A stretch of 58,685 nucleotides of DNA from contig JAGPHP010000001.1 of NCBI GenBank assembly GCA_018055415.1, positions 1 through 58,685 on the forward strand, written 5' to 3'. Source of the stretch: Breznakibacter sp. Lineage in GTDB: Bacteria > Bacteroidota > Bacteroidia > Bacteroidales > Marinilabiliaceae. The position numbers and the translations under genes are program-made. Under the pieces are notes generated by a model. That model ran no database searches. It saw only the letters and a list, made by a program, of their open reading frames with translations, and was not told where the DNA came from. Below are positions 49,586 through 58,458 of the stretch, in pieces; position 1 is the first letter of the stretch, and every line of letters begins with the position of its first letter.

Positions 49586-49708
49586 AATTAATAAAATAGA
49601 AAAAGGTGATTTGAACAAAATAGAAGAGATTGTATAGTTGAGATTGCACAAATACTTAAAAAATAATAAAAAATGGGTAATTCATACTAATAATTGAGGA
49701 ATGTGTTA

Positions 49709-49716
49709 TATTTTTG
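49709..49716 (+). promoter_or_regulatory. -7 box TATTTTTG upstream of aroQ
   Basis: TAnnTTTG match 22 nt upstream of ATG 49738. Its position supports that start over the TTG at 49714. Confidence 0.35.
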
Positions 49717-49737
49717 CGCGTCCAAATATTTTGTAAC

Positions 49738-50163
49738 ATGAAGGTGATAATTATTAACGGTCCAAATTTAAATCTGTTGGGTGTTCGAGAGAAGAGCATT
49801 TATGGCAGCGAAGGTTTTGATCACTATTTCAAGCAGTTACAAGAGCGTTTTAAGGGAATAGAGTTGATCTATTACCAATCGAATATTGAGGGAGAATTAA
49901 TCAACAAGATCCATGAAGTTGGATTCAGCTATGATGGAATTGTCCTAAATGCGGGAGCTTACACACACACATCGATTGCTTTAGCCGATGCAATAAGTGC
50001 CATTACAACCCCTACACTTGAGGTACATATTTCGAATGTGTATAAGCGAGAGGCGTTTAGACACCATTCGTACATTGCGCCTGTTTGTAAGGGTTCAATT
50101 GCGGGTTTTGGGCTAGATTCTTATCGATTAGCGATTGAAAATATAGTTGAAAGTAATAAATAA
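49738..50163 (+). CDS. aroQ: Type II 3-dehydroquinate dehydratase
   Basis: MKVIIINGPNLNLLGVRE N-terminus, plus HISN and AGAYTHTS motifs. Confidence 0.9.
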   Translation: MKVIIINGPNLNLLGVREKSIYGSEGFDHYFKQLQERFKGIELIYYQSNIEGELINKIHEVGFSYDGIVLNAGAYTHTSIALADAISAITTPTLEVHISNVYKREAFRHHSYIAPVCKGSIAGFGLDSYRLAIENIVESNK

Positions 50164-50224
50164 GTTTAATCCAGTCAAATAAGGCCTAAAGAAGGTTTTA
50201 TAGAAATTTTATAATTATAATTCA

Positions 50225-51673
50225 ATGTCATCAATGAAAAAATTCACTAAAATTGTTGCTACTGTTTCTGACGAACGCTGTGAGGTAGAATTTGTAAGAG
50301 AATTACACAAAGCAGGTATGAATGTGGTTCGTATGAACACCGCTCATTTCTCTTATGAAGGTATGAAACGCATTGTAACGAATGTGCGCACCGTATCGGA
50401 CAAGATTGCTCTTTTATGCGATACAAAAGGTCCTGAAATCAGAACTACTGCAGTGGACGCACCTTTAGAGTTAGTTGCTGGAGAGAAATGTATTATCAAA
50501 GGCACACCAGATCAAAAATCGACTAAGGAGTGTATTTGTGTATCATATCCTAATTTTGTAACTGATCTATCTGTAGATAGCATGGTTTTATTTGATGATG
50601 GCGAAATTGCTTTAAAAGTAGTTGCAAAATCAAAAGATCAGTTGGATTGTATTGTTCAAAACAACGGTACTTTAGGTGGTAAGAAGAGTGTTAACGTTCC
50701 TGGCGTTAGAATTAACCTTCCATCATTAACTGAAAAAGATAAAGGATTTATTCGTGCTTCGGCAGAAATGGGTGTTGACTTTATTGCTCACTCATTTGTA
50801 AGAAACCGTCAGGATGTTGCTGATGTTCAACAAGTGCTTGACGAGTGCGGAAGCAAGGCTCAAATCATTGCAAAAATTGAGAACCAAGAGGGTGTTGAGA
50901 ATATCGACGAGATCTTAGAGGTTGTTTATGGTGTGATGGTTGCTCGTGGTGACTTAGGTATTGAAGTTGCACAAGAGAAAATTCCTGGATTACAACGTCA
51001 ACTTATCCGTAAGTGTGTTGAAGCTAAGAAACCAGTTATTGTTGCTACACAAATGTTGCACTCAATGATCAAAAACCCACGTCCTACAAGAGCTGAGGTT
51101 ACCGACGTTGCAAATGCAATTTATTACCGTACTGATGCAATCATGTTAAGTGGTGAGACTGCTTATGGTAAATACCCTGTTGAAGCGGTTGCTACAATGG
51201 CAAGCATTGCAAAAGAGGTTGAGGCATCAAAAGATAACAGAAACGATATTCCAGTTGGAATTAAAGAGTTAGATAGAACAGCTCATTTAGCAGATGGTGC
51301 AGTAAGAGCATCTAAAACAATGCCAATAAAAGCAATCATTACAGATAGCTTTAGTGGCAAAACTGCACGTTACTTAGCTGCATTTAGAGGTGTAAACCCA
51401 GTATTTGCGCTTTGTTACAACCACGAAGTGGCTCGTTTGTTGTCTCTTTCTTATGGTGTATTCCCTAAGGTAATGGAGCAAGAAGAGGGTATTACTAAAA
51501 ACGACGTTGTAAAACGTACTTTAGCAAAACTTCAAAAATATGATAACCTACAAGATGGCGATTTAATTGCTTACCTAGGCGGAAGCTTTGGAGTGGGTGG
51601 TGGCACATCTTACTTAGAGATATTAACAGTAAGCGAATTATTGAAGAAAATTGAGGCTCAACCACTTCGATAA
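50225..51673 (+). CDS. pyk: Pyruvate kinase
   Basis: TKIVATV, NTAHF, MVARGDLGIE and SGETA motifs. The start could instead be the ATG at 50234. Confidence 0.95.
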   Translation: MSSMKKFTKIVATVSDERCEVEFVRELHKAGMNVVRMNTAHFSYEGMKRIVTNVRTVSDKIALLCDTKGPEIRTTAVDAPLELVAGEKCIIKGTPDQKSTKECICVSYPNFVTDLSVDSMVLFDDGEIALKVVAKSKDQLDCIVQNNGTLGGKKSVNVPGVRINLPSLTEKDKGFIRASAEMGVDFIAHSFVRNRQDVADVQQVLDECGSKAQIIAKIENQEGVENIDEILEVVYGVMVARGDLGIEVAQEKIPGLQRQLIRKCVEAKKPVIVATQMLHSMIKNPRPTRAEVTDVANAIYYRTDAIMLSGETAYGKYPVEAVATMASIAKEVEASKDNRNDIPVGIKELDRTAHLADGAVRASKTMPIKAIITDSFSGKTARYLAAFRGVNPVFALCYNHEVARLLSLSYGVFPKVMEQEEGITKNDVVKRTLAKLQKYDNLQDGDLIAYLGGSFGVGGGTSYLEILTVSELLKKIEAQPLR

Positions 51674-51690
51674 TTAAAAATTTATTTCAG

Positions 51691-51719
51691 TTATGGCGAA
51701 GCGAAAAACTTCGCCATAA
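51691..51719 (+). terminator. Hairpin after pyk
   Basis: ttatggcgaag / cttcgccataa 11-bp stem. The T tract that follows is weak. Confidence 0.5.
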
Positions 51720-51766
51720 TTGTATAAAAAATATCAATTTCGATTTGCAAAGACAAAAACAAATTC

Positions 51767-51774
51767 TATCTTTG
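51767..51774 (+). promoter_or_regulatory. -7 box TATCTTTG (with TTTG about 19 nt upstream) for the tRNA-Asp array
   Basis: TAnnTTTG at 51767-51774 and TTTG at 51744-51747. The first tRNA starts at 51841. Confidence 0.4.
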
Positions 51775-51840
51775 CACTGCCTTAAAAGAAAGGCAAACAG
51801 GTAAGTTTAACGTAGTTTATCTGACAATAAAATATCTTTT

Positions 51841-51917
51841 GGTTCGGTAGTTCAGTTGGTTAGAATGCCGCCCTGTCACGGCGGAGGTCGCGGGTTCGAG
51901 TCCCGTCCGGACCGCCA
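51841..51917 (+). tRNA. tRNA-Asp (GTC), CCA encoded
   Basis: Cloverleaf read by eye: acceptor GGTTCGG/CCGGACC, anticodon stem ccgcc/ggcgg with loop CTGTCAC, T-loop GGTTCGAGTCC, and a G-CCA 3' end. Confidence 0.95.
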
Positions 51918-51946
51918 AAAGAGATTTGAAATATTAGGAGATTATT

Positions 51947-52023
51947 GGTTCGGTAGTTCAGTTGGTTAGAATGCCGCCCTGTCACGGCGGAGGTCGCGGG
52001 TTCGAGTCCCGTCCGGACCGCCA
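51947..52023 (+). tRNA. tRNA-Asp (GTC), CCA encoded
   Basis: Identical to copy 1, after a 29-nt spacer. Confidence 0.95.
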
Positions 52024-52061
52024 ATAATTTCATAATGTTACAATTGTAAAGTAAATATTAA

Positions 52062-52135
52062 GGTTCGGTAGTTCAGTTGGTTAGAATGCCGCCCTGTCAC
52101 GGCGGAGGTCGCGGGTTCGAGTCCCGTCCGGACCG
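52062..52135 (+). tRNA. tRNA-Asp (GTC), CCA not encoded
   Basis: The 74-nt body is identical to copies 1 and 2. The discriminator G is followed by caaaag instead of cca. Confidence 0.95.
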
Positions 52136-52138
52136 CAA

Positions 52139-52179
52139 AAGCCCTTATAGTCGAAAGATTGTGAGGGCTTTTCGTTTTT
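52139..52179 (+). terminator. Intrinsic terminator after the tRNA array
   Basis: aagccctta / tgagggctt stem followed by ttttcgttttt. Confidence 0.7.
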
Positions 52180-52291
52180 GGGGGTGTATAAGGTTCGCAA
52201 AGAAAAATAGCAAAGGTTCACAAAGTTAAATTTTCAAATTCATGGCTCGATAAATAGTTTATTAGCAAAAATTTGCCCTGTCTTTCATCAT

Positions 52292-52624
52292 CTACTCTAT
52301 ATCCACACACTTCACATGCACCACCATTTGCCGTTGCACATCAAATAGCACAACAATTGTTTTGTTATAATCGAGAGGAGCTTGATAGATGTACTGAATC
52401 AAATCTTTATTATCAATAGCAGATGTTTGTAAAATAATATCGTCTGGCTCGCCCATAAGCTCAATTACGGCCTCCACACGCATGCCAGGGGTCACTTTTT
52501 CACATTGAATCAAATTTTTCTCGCGAATAGCCTCTTGTCGCTGAAAAAAATAGAGAGTGATTCCAATAATGATAACTAAGAGCGTAATAATTATGATTGG
52601 CGGAGAAATGGTAAATCGTTTCAT
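52292..52624 (-). CDS. Small N-terminally anchored protein with a BamE/SmpA-OmlA-like segment
   Basis: ATG 52624 gives MKRFTISPPIIIITLLVIIIGITLYFF (TM helix). PGMRVEAVIELMGEPD resembles SmpA/OmlA. Confidence 0.55.
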   Translation of the reverse strand: MKRFTISPPIIIITLLVIIIGITLYFFQRQEAIREKNLIQCEKVTPGMRVEAVIELMGEPDDIILQTSAIDNKDLIQYIYQAPLDYNKTIVVLFDVQRQMVVHVKCVDIE

Positions 52625-52737
52625 ATAAATATGTTTTGAGGTATGATAAAGATAATTGATAATCCTCAAAATGAGTTCGTTATCCTAATATTTTTAAAAG
52701 AGTAGATGTTGAACTTATTTAAGTCTCACATTTTACC

Positions 52738-52745
52738 TATTTTTG
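52738..52745 (+). promoter_or_regulatory. -7 box TATTTTTG upstream of sbcD
   Basis: Lies 30 nt upstream of ATG 52776 and overlaps the track TTG start. This argues for 52776 as the true start. Confidence 0.35.
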
Positions 52746-52775
52746 GATGAATTGCATAAAACATCAAAAGTAAAA

Positions 52776-53993
52776 ATGGGACTTAAAATTATTCATACAG
52801 CCGATTGGCATATAGGGCAAACGTTTTACGATTACGACAGAAAAAACGAACATACTCTTTTCTTCGCATGGATGAAAGAGCTATTAAAACGTGAGGCTAT
52901 TGATCTGCTTTTAATAGCGGGAGATGTTTTTGATACACCCAATCCATCGGCCGAATCGCAACGTCTTTTCTACCACTTTTTGCAAGAAATAACTAATCAA
53001 AATAAAGATTTACAAATAGTTATCATAGCGGGTAATCACGATTCAGCTGGACGGCTTGAAGCGCCAATTCCGCTTTTAGAGGCAATGAATATTTGGGTAA
53101 AAGGAACGGTTAAACGTGATTTAGAGGGTAAGATTGATTTTAAACAATTCATCATACCAATTTTACAGAACAATTCAACGGTAGGATATTGCATGGCCCT
53201 ACCCTATTTGCGACAAGGCGATCTATTGGAGTGCGAGAATTTTTCTCAAGGTGTTTCAGAGATGTACACCTCTGTTTTAGAGGAGATTAGCGCATTAAAA
53301 ACTGTAAATATGCCCATCATAGCCTTAGGACATTTGCAGGCCACAGGATCTGAAATAATGGAGGGAGATAGAGCCGAACGCACCACCATTGGGAGCTTAG
53401 ACTGCATATCGCCCGATGCCTTTGATGCCCAAATAACCTATACCGCCCTAGGGCATCTACACAAAGCACAACAGGTTTCGAAACGCGAAAATGTTCGTTA
53501 CTCCGGCACGCCTCTGCCTATGTCGTTTGCCGAAAAACACTATAAACATGGTGTAACCTTGGTCGAAACCGAAGCAAATAAGGCCATTAGTATCGAACGC
53601 ATACCCTTTGAAGCCCCCGTAAAACTACTCTCAATACCCGCCGAACCACGACCGTTAACGGAGGTTTTGAGCGAGATAGAGAAGCTACCCGATGGAGATA
53701 AAACCGAGTTATCTCCCTACCTTGAAGTAAAAGTCTTAATAACCGAGCCCGAGCCTTCGTTACGTCATCAACTGGAGGAGAAATTGAAGTACAAAGCCAT
53801 CAGATTAGCGCGCATGGTTGCCGTTTCTCCAAAACAAACATCCCAAGACGAAGTACCCATTAGCTTTGAAGAGTTCAAGGCCATAAATCCTTTAGAGATG
53901 GCAAAAAGTCATTTCAAATACATACATTCCAATGAGATGCCTCCAAAAATGGAAAAGTTATTAACCACTGTTATTGAGGAGGTTATTCGATGA
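52776..53993 (+). CDS. sbcD: Exonuclease SbcCD, nuclease subunit D
   Basis: MGLKIIHTADWHIGQ, AGDVFD, GNHD and GH calcineurin-like phosphoesterase motifs. It overlaps sbcC by 4 nt (ATGA). Confidence 0.9.
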   Translation: MGLKIIHTADWHIGQTFYDYDRKNEHTLFFAWMKELLKREAIDLLLIAGDVFDTPNPSAESQRLFYHFLQEITNQNKDLQIVIIAGNHDSAGRLEAPIPLLEAMNIWVKGTVKRDLEGKIDFKQFIIPILQNNSTVGYCMALPYLRQGDLLECENFSQGVSEMYTSVLEEISALKTVNMPIIALGHLQATGSEIMEGDRAERTTIGSLDCISPDAFDAQITYTALGHLHKAQQVSKRENVRYSGTPLPMSFAEKHYKHGVTLVETEANKAISIERIPFEAPVKLLSIPAEPRPLTEVLSEIEKLPDGDKTELSPYLEVKVLITEPEPSLRHQLEEKLKYKAIRLARMVAVSPKQTSQDEVPISFEEFKAINPLEMAKSHFKYIHSNEMPPKMEKLLTTVIEEVIR

Positions 53994-56900
53994 AAATATT
54001 ATTGTTACGAGGTAAAAACCTAGCATCACTTGAGGGCGAATTTGAGATCAATTTTAACGACGAACCGCTAAAATCAGCAGGATTATTTGCCATAACCGGT
54101 CACACGGGTGCTGGTAAATCTACCCTGCTCGATGCAATCTGCTTGGCGCTCTATGGAGAAACCCCCAGAAATATTCGCGCCAAAGAGAATGGCGTTTCGC
54201 TAACCGATGTGGGTGAAGAGACCCTCTCGCAAAACGATGCCCGAACAATATTACGACGCGGCACCACTGAGGGGTTTGCCGAGCTAGAATTTGTGGCGCT
54301 CGATGGTAAAAACTACAAATCGACTTGGGGCGTTGCTCGCGCCCGTGGCAAAGAGAGTGGCAAACTGCAACCCAGCAAGATGACGCTTGTAGATCTTAGC
54401 ACCAACACCACGATTGGTGGCGGAAACAAAGAGACACTTGACAAAATTGAGCAACTCATTGGGTTAACCTTTGAGCAATTTACCCGCTCCGTTTTGCTAG
54501 CTCAAGGCGATTTTGCCAATTTCTTAAAGGCTAAACAAGATGAGAAGGCCGAACTACTCGAAAAACTCACTGGCACAGAGATTTACTCTCAAATATCGGC
54601 CAAAATATTTGAAAAAAATCGAATAGCAGAAGTCGAACTAAACACTTTAAAAGATAAAATAAAGGGAATAGAACTGTTATCTCCCGAGGATTTATCTCTT
54701 TTAACCACTGAAAAAGAGATTGTTAACAACGAATTAGTCGCTTTTAAAAAGGAGTTCGACGATACAAACAAAATAATTGAGTGGCTTAATCAAGACGAGA
54801 AGCTAAGAAAGGACATCCTTATGGCTGAAAAGCAACTCATTGATATTCTTAAAGATATTGAGGAGGCAAAACCAACCATCACACTCTTAGAAACGTATGA
54901 TAAAGCTCAAGAGATTAGAGACCAATTTGTAAACCATACAGAAGGGAAAAAACAACTGGCTCAAACCACCAAACAGCTCGAGGAGAGTGAGTTGAAAATC
55001 CAAAACACGACAAAAAAACTTCAACAAGCCGAACTTAATTTTAAGGCTTGCGACGAAACTCTGAAACAACACATTAAAGAGATTGAGCGTTTGCAACCCG
55101 CCCTTAAAGAGGCCAGAAAAATTGAAACACAGCTTTTTGAAACATCAAAACAATATAGCGAAGCCCAAAAAGAGGTTGATTCAGTTAAACAGTCAACCTC
55201 GCTTTTAACAAAGTCAACGCTTCAACTCAACAGCGAAATTGAGCAAAACCAGAGAGCATTAGAGAGTATTGCCAAGTGGTTTGAACAACAAAAAGTCTAT
55301 GCCGAAATCGTCCCTCAAAAAGAGCTGATTATCAATCAACTCAATGAATTACAAACCATTAATATAAATTGCTCAAAAACAACCAAAGAGCAAGAGACAC
55401 ACCTAGCTTTTCTTAAAACAGACAAGCTCAACCTCGAGGCTCTCAAAGCGGAGGCAGAAGCTTTAGAAAAACTCTTACCTGCAGAGATAGCTATTTTAAG
55501 AGCACGTTTAGAAGAAGGTAAACCTTGTCCCGTTTGTGGAAGCGAAGAGCACCCTATTGTAAACACAACTACCGAAAGCAACAAACACCTTAATGAGCTA
55601 GAAATTGAGAATGCTAAAAAAGCAAACAAAGAGAAGTTCGAATCCATCAATCTAAAAATTGAGAAGGGTAGTAATGAAATAGTTCGCCTTGATACACAAC
55701 TAAATAACTTTAAAACTCGTGCTTTAGAACTGCATCAAACAATCACAAACCTATTGACCGCCCTTCCCGATTGGATAACAGAATTTGAAAAAGGGACACT
55801 TCAAAATAGCATTAAAACGCTTGCCGAAAATTGGAACAAATGTCTTGCGGACGGAACCAAACTAAAGGAGCAAATAACTATTCTCTCGACCCGTCTCACC
55901 AGCGAAACCGAACAGTTAAAATCGACTCAAATTGCCTTAAAAGAGAAAGAGGCAAAGTTTAAACAAATTCAAGATTCAATAAAGCTGTTAGAAACACAAC
56001 TTAAGCAACTATTGGACGGCAAAAAAGCCGATTTGGTTGAAAAAGAGCTTACCGAAAAACTTCAACTGTTAACCAATAATCAGCAAGCTGCATTAAAAAC
56101 CAAAAGCGATATCGAAGCTTCACTTGAGGGAATCAAGGGGTTTATGGCCAGCTTAAAAGACTCAACCAAAAAGATTGAAACCGAGATAAACAACTCATTG
56201 TGTAGTATATCCGATTGGATTACACAAAGACATCCTGATCTTACAATTGAAACTCTAACCGATATTTTCGCAAGAGATATTAATTGGATCAATAGTCAAA
56301 AAGAGCTTATTAAGCGCCTTAACGACAATCTATTAACTCTAAATGCCACCATTGCCGAACGCCACAAGAATTTAGCTAGCCATAACCAATTAGAATCTAG
56401 ACCCAAAGAGGAGTTTCAGACCTACGATTTCTTGAAAAACCAATTGGCAGAAATTACCAAACAGTTAGAATTTAAAAACCGACGAAACACCGAGATTGAA
56501 GTCCTCTTCTCAACTCAAAAGAAGAACGAAGAGTTAATAAAGAAACAGAGCAACGAACTCGAAAAGCTTAGTGAAGTAGCCGAGAATTGGGCTAAACTTA
56601 ATGCTCTCTTAGGCTCGTCCGATGGCAAGAAATTCAAACTTATTGCGCAGGGTTACACGCTTGGCATACTGTTAAGCTATGCCAATCAGCATCTTTCGGA
56701 GCTCACTTCGCGTTACAAGCTACAACGCATCCCCAACACTCTAGCGCTTCAAGTTATTGATATTGATATGCTTGGCGAAATCAGAACTGTCCATTCGCTT
56801 TCGGGCGGCGAATCATTTCTCATCTCATTAGCACTAGCGCTGGGCCTATCGTCGCTCTCTAGTAACCGCATGCACATCGAATCGCTCTTTATAGATGAGG

Positions 56901-57082
56901 GATTTGGCTCACTCGATGCCGATATGCTACGAATAGCCATGGATGCCCTAGAACGCCTCCAAACGCAGGGTCGAAAAATTGGAGTAATATCTCATGTAAC
57001 CGAAATGACCGAGCGCATTACTACTCAAATTCAGATAGTTAAGGAGGCTAATGGGAGAAGCAGAGTGAAGGTTAATGGTTAA
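53990..57082 (+). CDS. sbcC: Exonuclease SbcCD, ATPase subunit C
   Basis: N-terminal Walker A (GHTGAGKSTLLDAICLALYG), a long coiled coil with a CPVCGSEEHP zinc hook, and a C-terminal LSGGESF signature plus Walker B (LFIDEGFGSLD). Confidence 0.9.
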   Translation: MKILLLRGKNLASLEGEFEINFNDEPLKSAGLFAITGHTGAGKSTLLDAICLALYGETPRNIRAKENGVSLTDVGEETLSQNDARTILRRGTTEGFAELEFVALDGKNYKSTWGVARARGKESGKLQPSKMTLVDLSTNTTIGGGNKETLDKIEQLIGLTFEQFTRSVLLAQGDFANFLKAKQDEKAELLEKLTGTEIYSQISAKIFEKNRIAEVELNTLKDKIKGIELLSPEDLSLLTTEKEIVNNELVAFKKEFDDTNKIIEWLNQDEKLRKDILMAEKQLIDILKDIEEAKPTITLLETYDKAQEIRDQFVNHTEGKKQLAQTTKQLEESELKIQNTTKKLQQAELNFKACDETLKQHIKEIERLQPALKEARKIETQLFETSKQYSEAQKEVDSVKQSTSLLTKSTLQLNSEIEQNQRALESIAKWFEQQKVYAEIVPQKELIINQLNELQTININCSKTTKEQETHLAFLKTDKLNLEALKAEAEALEKLLPAEIAILRARLEEGKPCPVCGSEEHPIVNTTTESNKHLNELEIENAKKANKEKFESINLKIEKGSNEIVRLDTQLNNFKTRALELHQTITNLLTALPDWITEFEKGTLQNSIKTLAENWNKCLADGTKLKEQITILSTRLTSETEQLKSTQIALKEKEAKFKQIQDSIKLLETQLKQLLDGKKADLVEKELTEKLQLLTNNQQAALKTKSDIEASLEGIKGFMASLKDSTKKIETEINNSLCSISDWITQRHPDLTIETLTDIFARDINWINSQKELIKRLNDNLLTLNATIAERHKNLASHNQLESRPKEEFQTYDFLKNQLAEITKQLEFKNRRNTEIEVLFSTQKKNEELIKKQSNELEKLSEVAENWAKLNALLGSSDGKKFKLIAQGYTLGILLSYANQHLSELTSRYKLQRIPNTLALQVIDIDMLGEIRTVHSLSGGESFLISLALALGLSSLSSNRMHIESLFIDEGFGSLDADMLRIAMDALERLQTQGRKIGVISHVTEMTERITTQIQIVKEANGRSRVKVNG

Positions 57083-57090
57083 TGGTTAAT
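57070..57090. repeat. Three perfect tandem heptamers (ggttaat x3) spanning the sbcC stop codon
   Basis: Read directly: 57070-57076, 57077-57083 and 57084-57090. The stop TAA is at 57080-57082. Confidence 0.9.
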
Positions 57091-57105
57091 AATTCTATTT
57101 GACTG

Positions 57106-58079
57106 ATGAAAAATGCCTGTTCGTTGAATTTATTTTCGGACAAAAAAAACATGGGGAAAGAAGTTTGTGAAAAGTATAAAGTTAAAGCATTTCCAACTCT
57201 ACTCTTTTTGGATTCGAACGGTGAAATTATTCATAAAAGATTAGGCTATGGCACGGTTAACGATTTTGTCGAGCTAAGTAAAACAGCTACCGACACCACT
57301 CAAAACTTCCAAAGTATTTATAACAAAATCAAAAGTGGTGATCGTTCATTTACTACCATCAAAAAATATCTTGATATTGATAGATATTCTGACACTAAAG
57401 ATGTGATATTAAACGATTATTACACAAATATTGGAGAAACAATTATCTAACCGACGAGGCTATTGAAATTTTTAACAACTATGATTATAACATCAATAGT
57501 AAATACTTCAAATATGTTCTTGCTAATAAAGATGCGGTTGGGAAAAAAATCTCAGCTGATATTTTAGAATCAAAAATGGTAAATGCGTTTGATGAATATT
57601 GTTACATTAACAGAGAAAAGCCTAATTGTATTGAGGATTTAAAGAAGATTGATCCAAAAATTTATTCAATCGTTAAAGAGAGTCATAATGAGAGAGAGAT
57701 CTTTATGAACTTCTACCAAAATCGAAAAGATAAGGCTGCTTGGGATAAATTGGTTGCCCATATGCAGAAAAAATTTGAATCCAATACTTTGGGATCTAAC
57801 GAACTAAATTCATTCGCTTGGACTGTTTGGGAAAACTACAAAACATTTAACGACAGTACTGCCCTTCGATTTGGACTTAATTGGTCGAAAAAATCGTTTG
57901 AAGGAGATTCTCTTAACTCTGCAATTGTCGACACTTATGGTCATTATCTTTTTGATTTAGGACACAATCAAGAGGCTGTACGAATTGCACAAATTGCCGT
58001 TGATAGAGGAACTATTGAAAAGAGTGAATACTTGAAATTTTATGAAGAGAATTTAGAACTGTATAAGAAGAAGTTGTAA
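57106..58079 (+). pseudogene. Thioredoxin-fold protein remnant: 5'-truncated and frameshifted
   Basis: ORF 57106-57450 (KVKAFPTLLFLDSNGEIIHKRLG) has no signal peptide or CxxC motif, and an in-frame TGA at 57100 precedes it. A second frame is open from 57399 and continues into ORF 57576-58079, which implies a frameshift near 57420-57450. Confidence 0.55.
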
Positions 58080-58096
58080 TCCTTTTTTTAAACATA

Positions 58097-58136
58097 AACT
58101 ACTCATAATCAGAATGGTTGTGAGTAGTTTTGTTTT
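58097..58136 (+). terminator. Intrinsic terminator
   Basis: aactactca / tgagtagtt stem followed by ttttgtttt. Confidence 0.6.
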
Positions 58137-58187
58137 AATGGAGAATATATAAACTTAAATTTGTAATTTTGTATAAATTTAATCTAT

Positions 58188-58453
58188 ATGCCAACACTTT
58201 CAATGTTTTTTGGAATCATTATAAGGATTATTATGCTCCAAAAGAACATAATCCGCCTCATATACATGTCTATTTCCAAGATTTCACAGCAGTAATAAAT
58301 ATTTATACATTTGATATTATTGAAGGAACTATTCCAACCAAACAACTTCGTCTGGTACTTGCATGGATGGAAATCCACAAAGACGAATTACTTGCAGACT
58401 GGAAACTTTGTCAAAATGGAGAGAAACCATTCATTATTGAACCTTTAAAATAA
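58188..58453 (+). pseudogene. DUF4160-family gene with an apparent 1-nt deletion near 58227
   Basis: ATG 58188 encodes MPTLSMFFGIIIR (the canonical family N-terminus), but the conserved YYAPKEHNPPHIHVYF continues in another frame. Restoring one base after 58228 would give ...IIIR-M/I-YYAPKEHNPPH. Confidence 0.55.
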
Positions 58454-58458
58454 ACACC

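Noticed and set aside
49335-49651. Two overlapping minus-strand ORFs (104 aa and 87 aa) in the xerD/aroQ spacer
   Set aside because: They overlap each other in different frames and exist only because the GC-rich structured repeat lacks stop codons. Their Arg/Pro/Ala/Leu-rich translations have no motifs. The same repeat type at 2013-2100 is non-coding.
51841-52135. Regularly spaced ~75-nt repeats that could look like a CRISPR or tandem-repeat array
   Set aside because: The repeats fold as complete tRNA-Asp cloverleaves with a GTC anticodon. There are only three units, with unequal spacers, and no cas genes.
52776-57082. SbcD/SbcC pair as a possible SMC-like defence system (Lamassu/Wadjet/Gabija-type)
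   Set aside because: The sequence follows canonical housekeeping SbcCD closely: an E. coli-like N-terminus, a CxxC zinc hook, Mre11-type phosphoesterase motifs and a 4-nt ATGA overlap. No extra effector, helicase or nuclease gene accompanies it.
53990-57082. Higher GC in sbcDC (and dcp) as a sign of horizontal acquisition
   Set aside because: Hand counts vary widely within sbcC itself: 33 of 60 G+C in a head-domain line (54241-54300) against 18 of 60 in a coiled-coil line (55921-55980). The variation therefore tracks amino-acid composition. It needs a proper codon-usage computation before any claim.
57071-57100. Heptamer repeat at the sbcC stop as a phase-variation tract
   Set aside because: There are only three units, and a change in copy number would alter at most the last few residues of SbcC. 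It is more plausibly a junction scar, and is noted under the trx-remnant finding.
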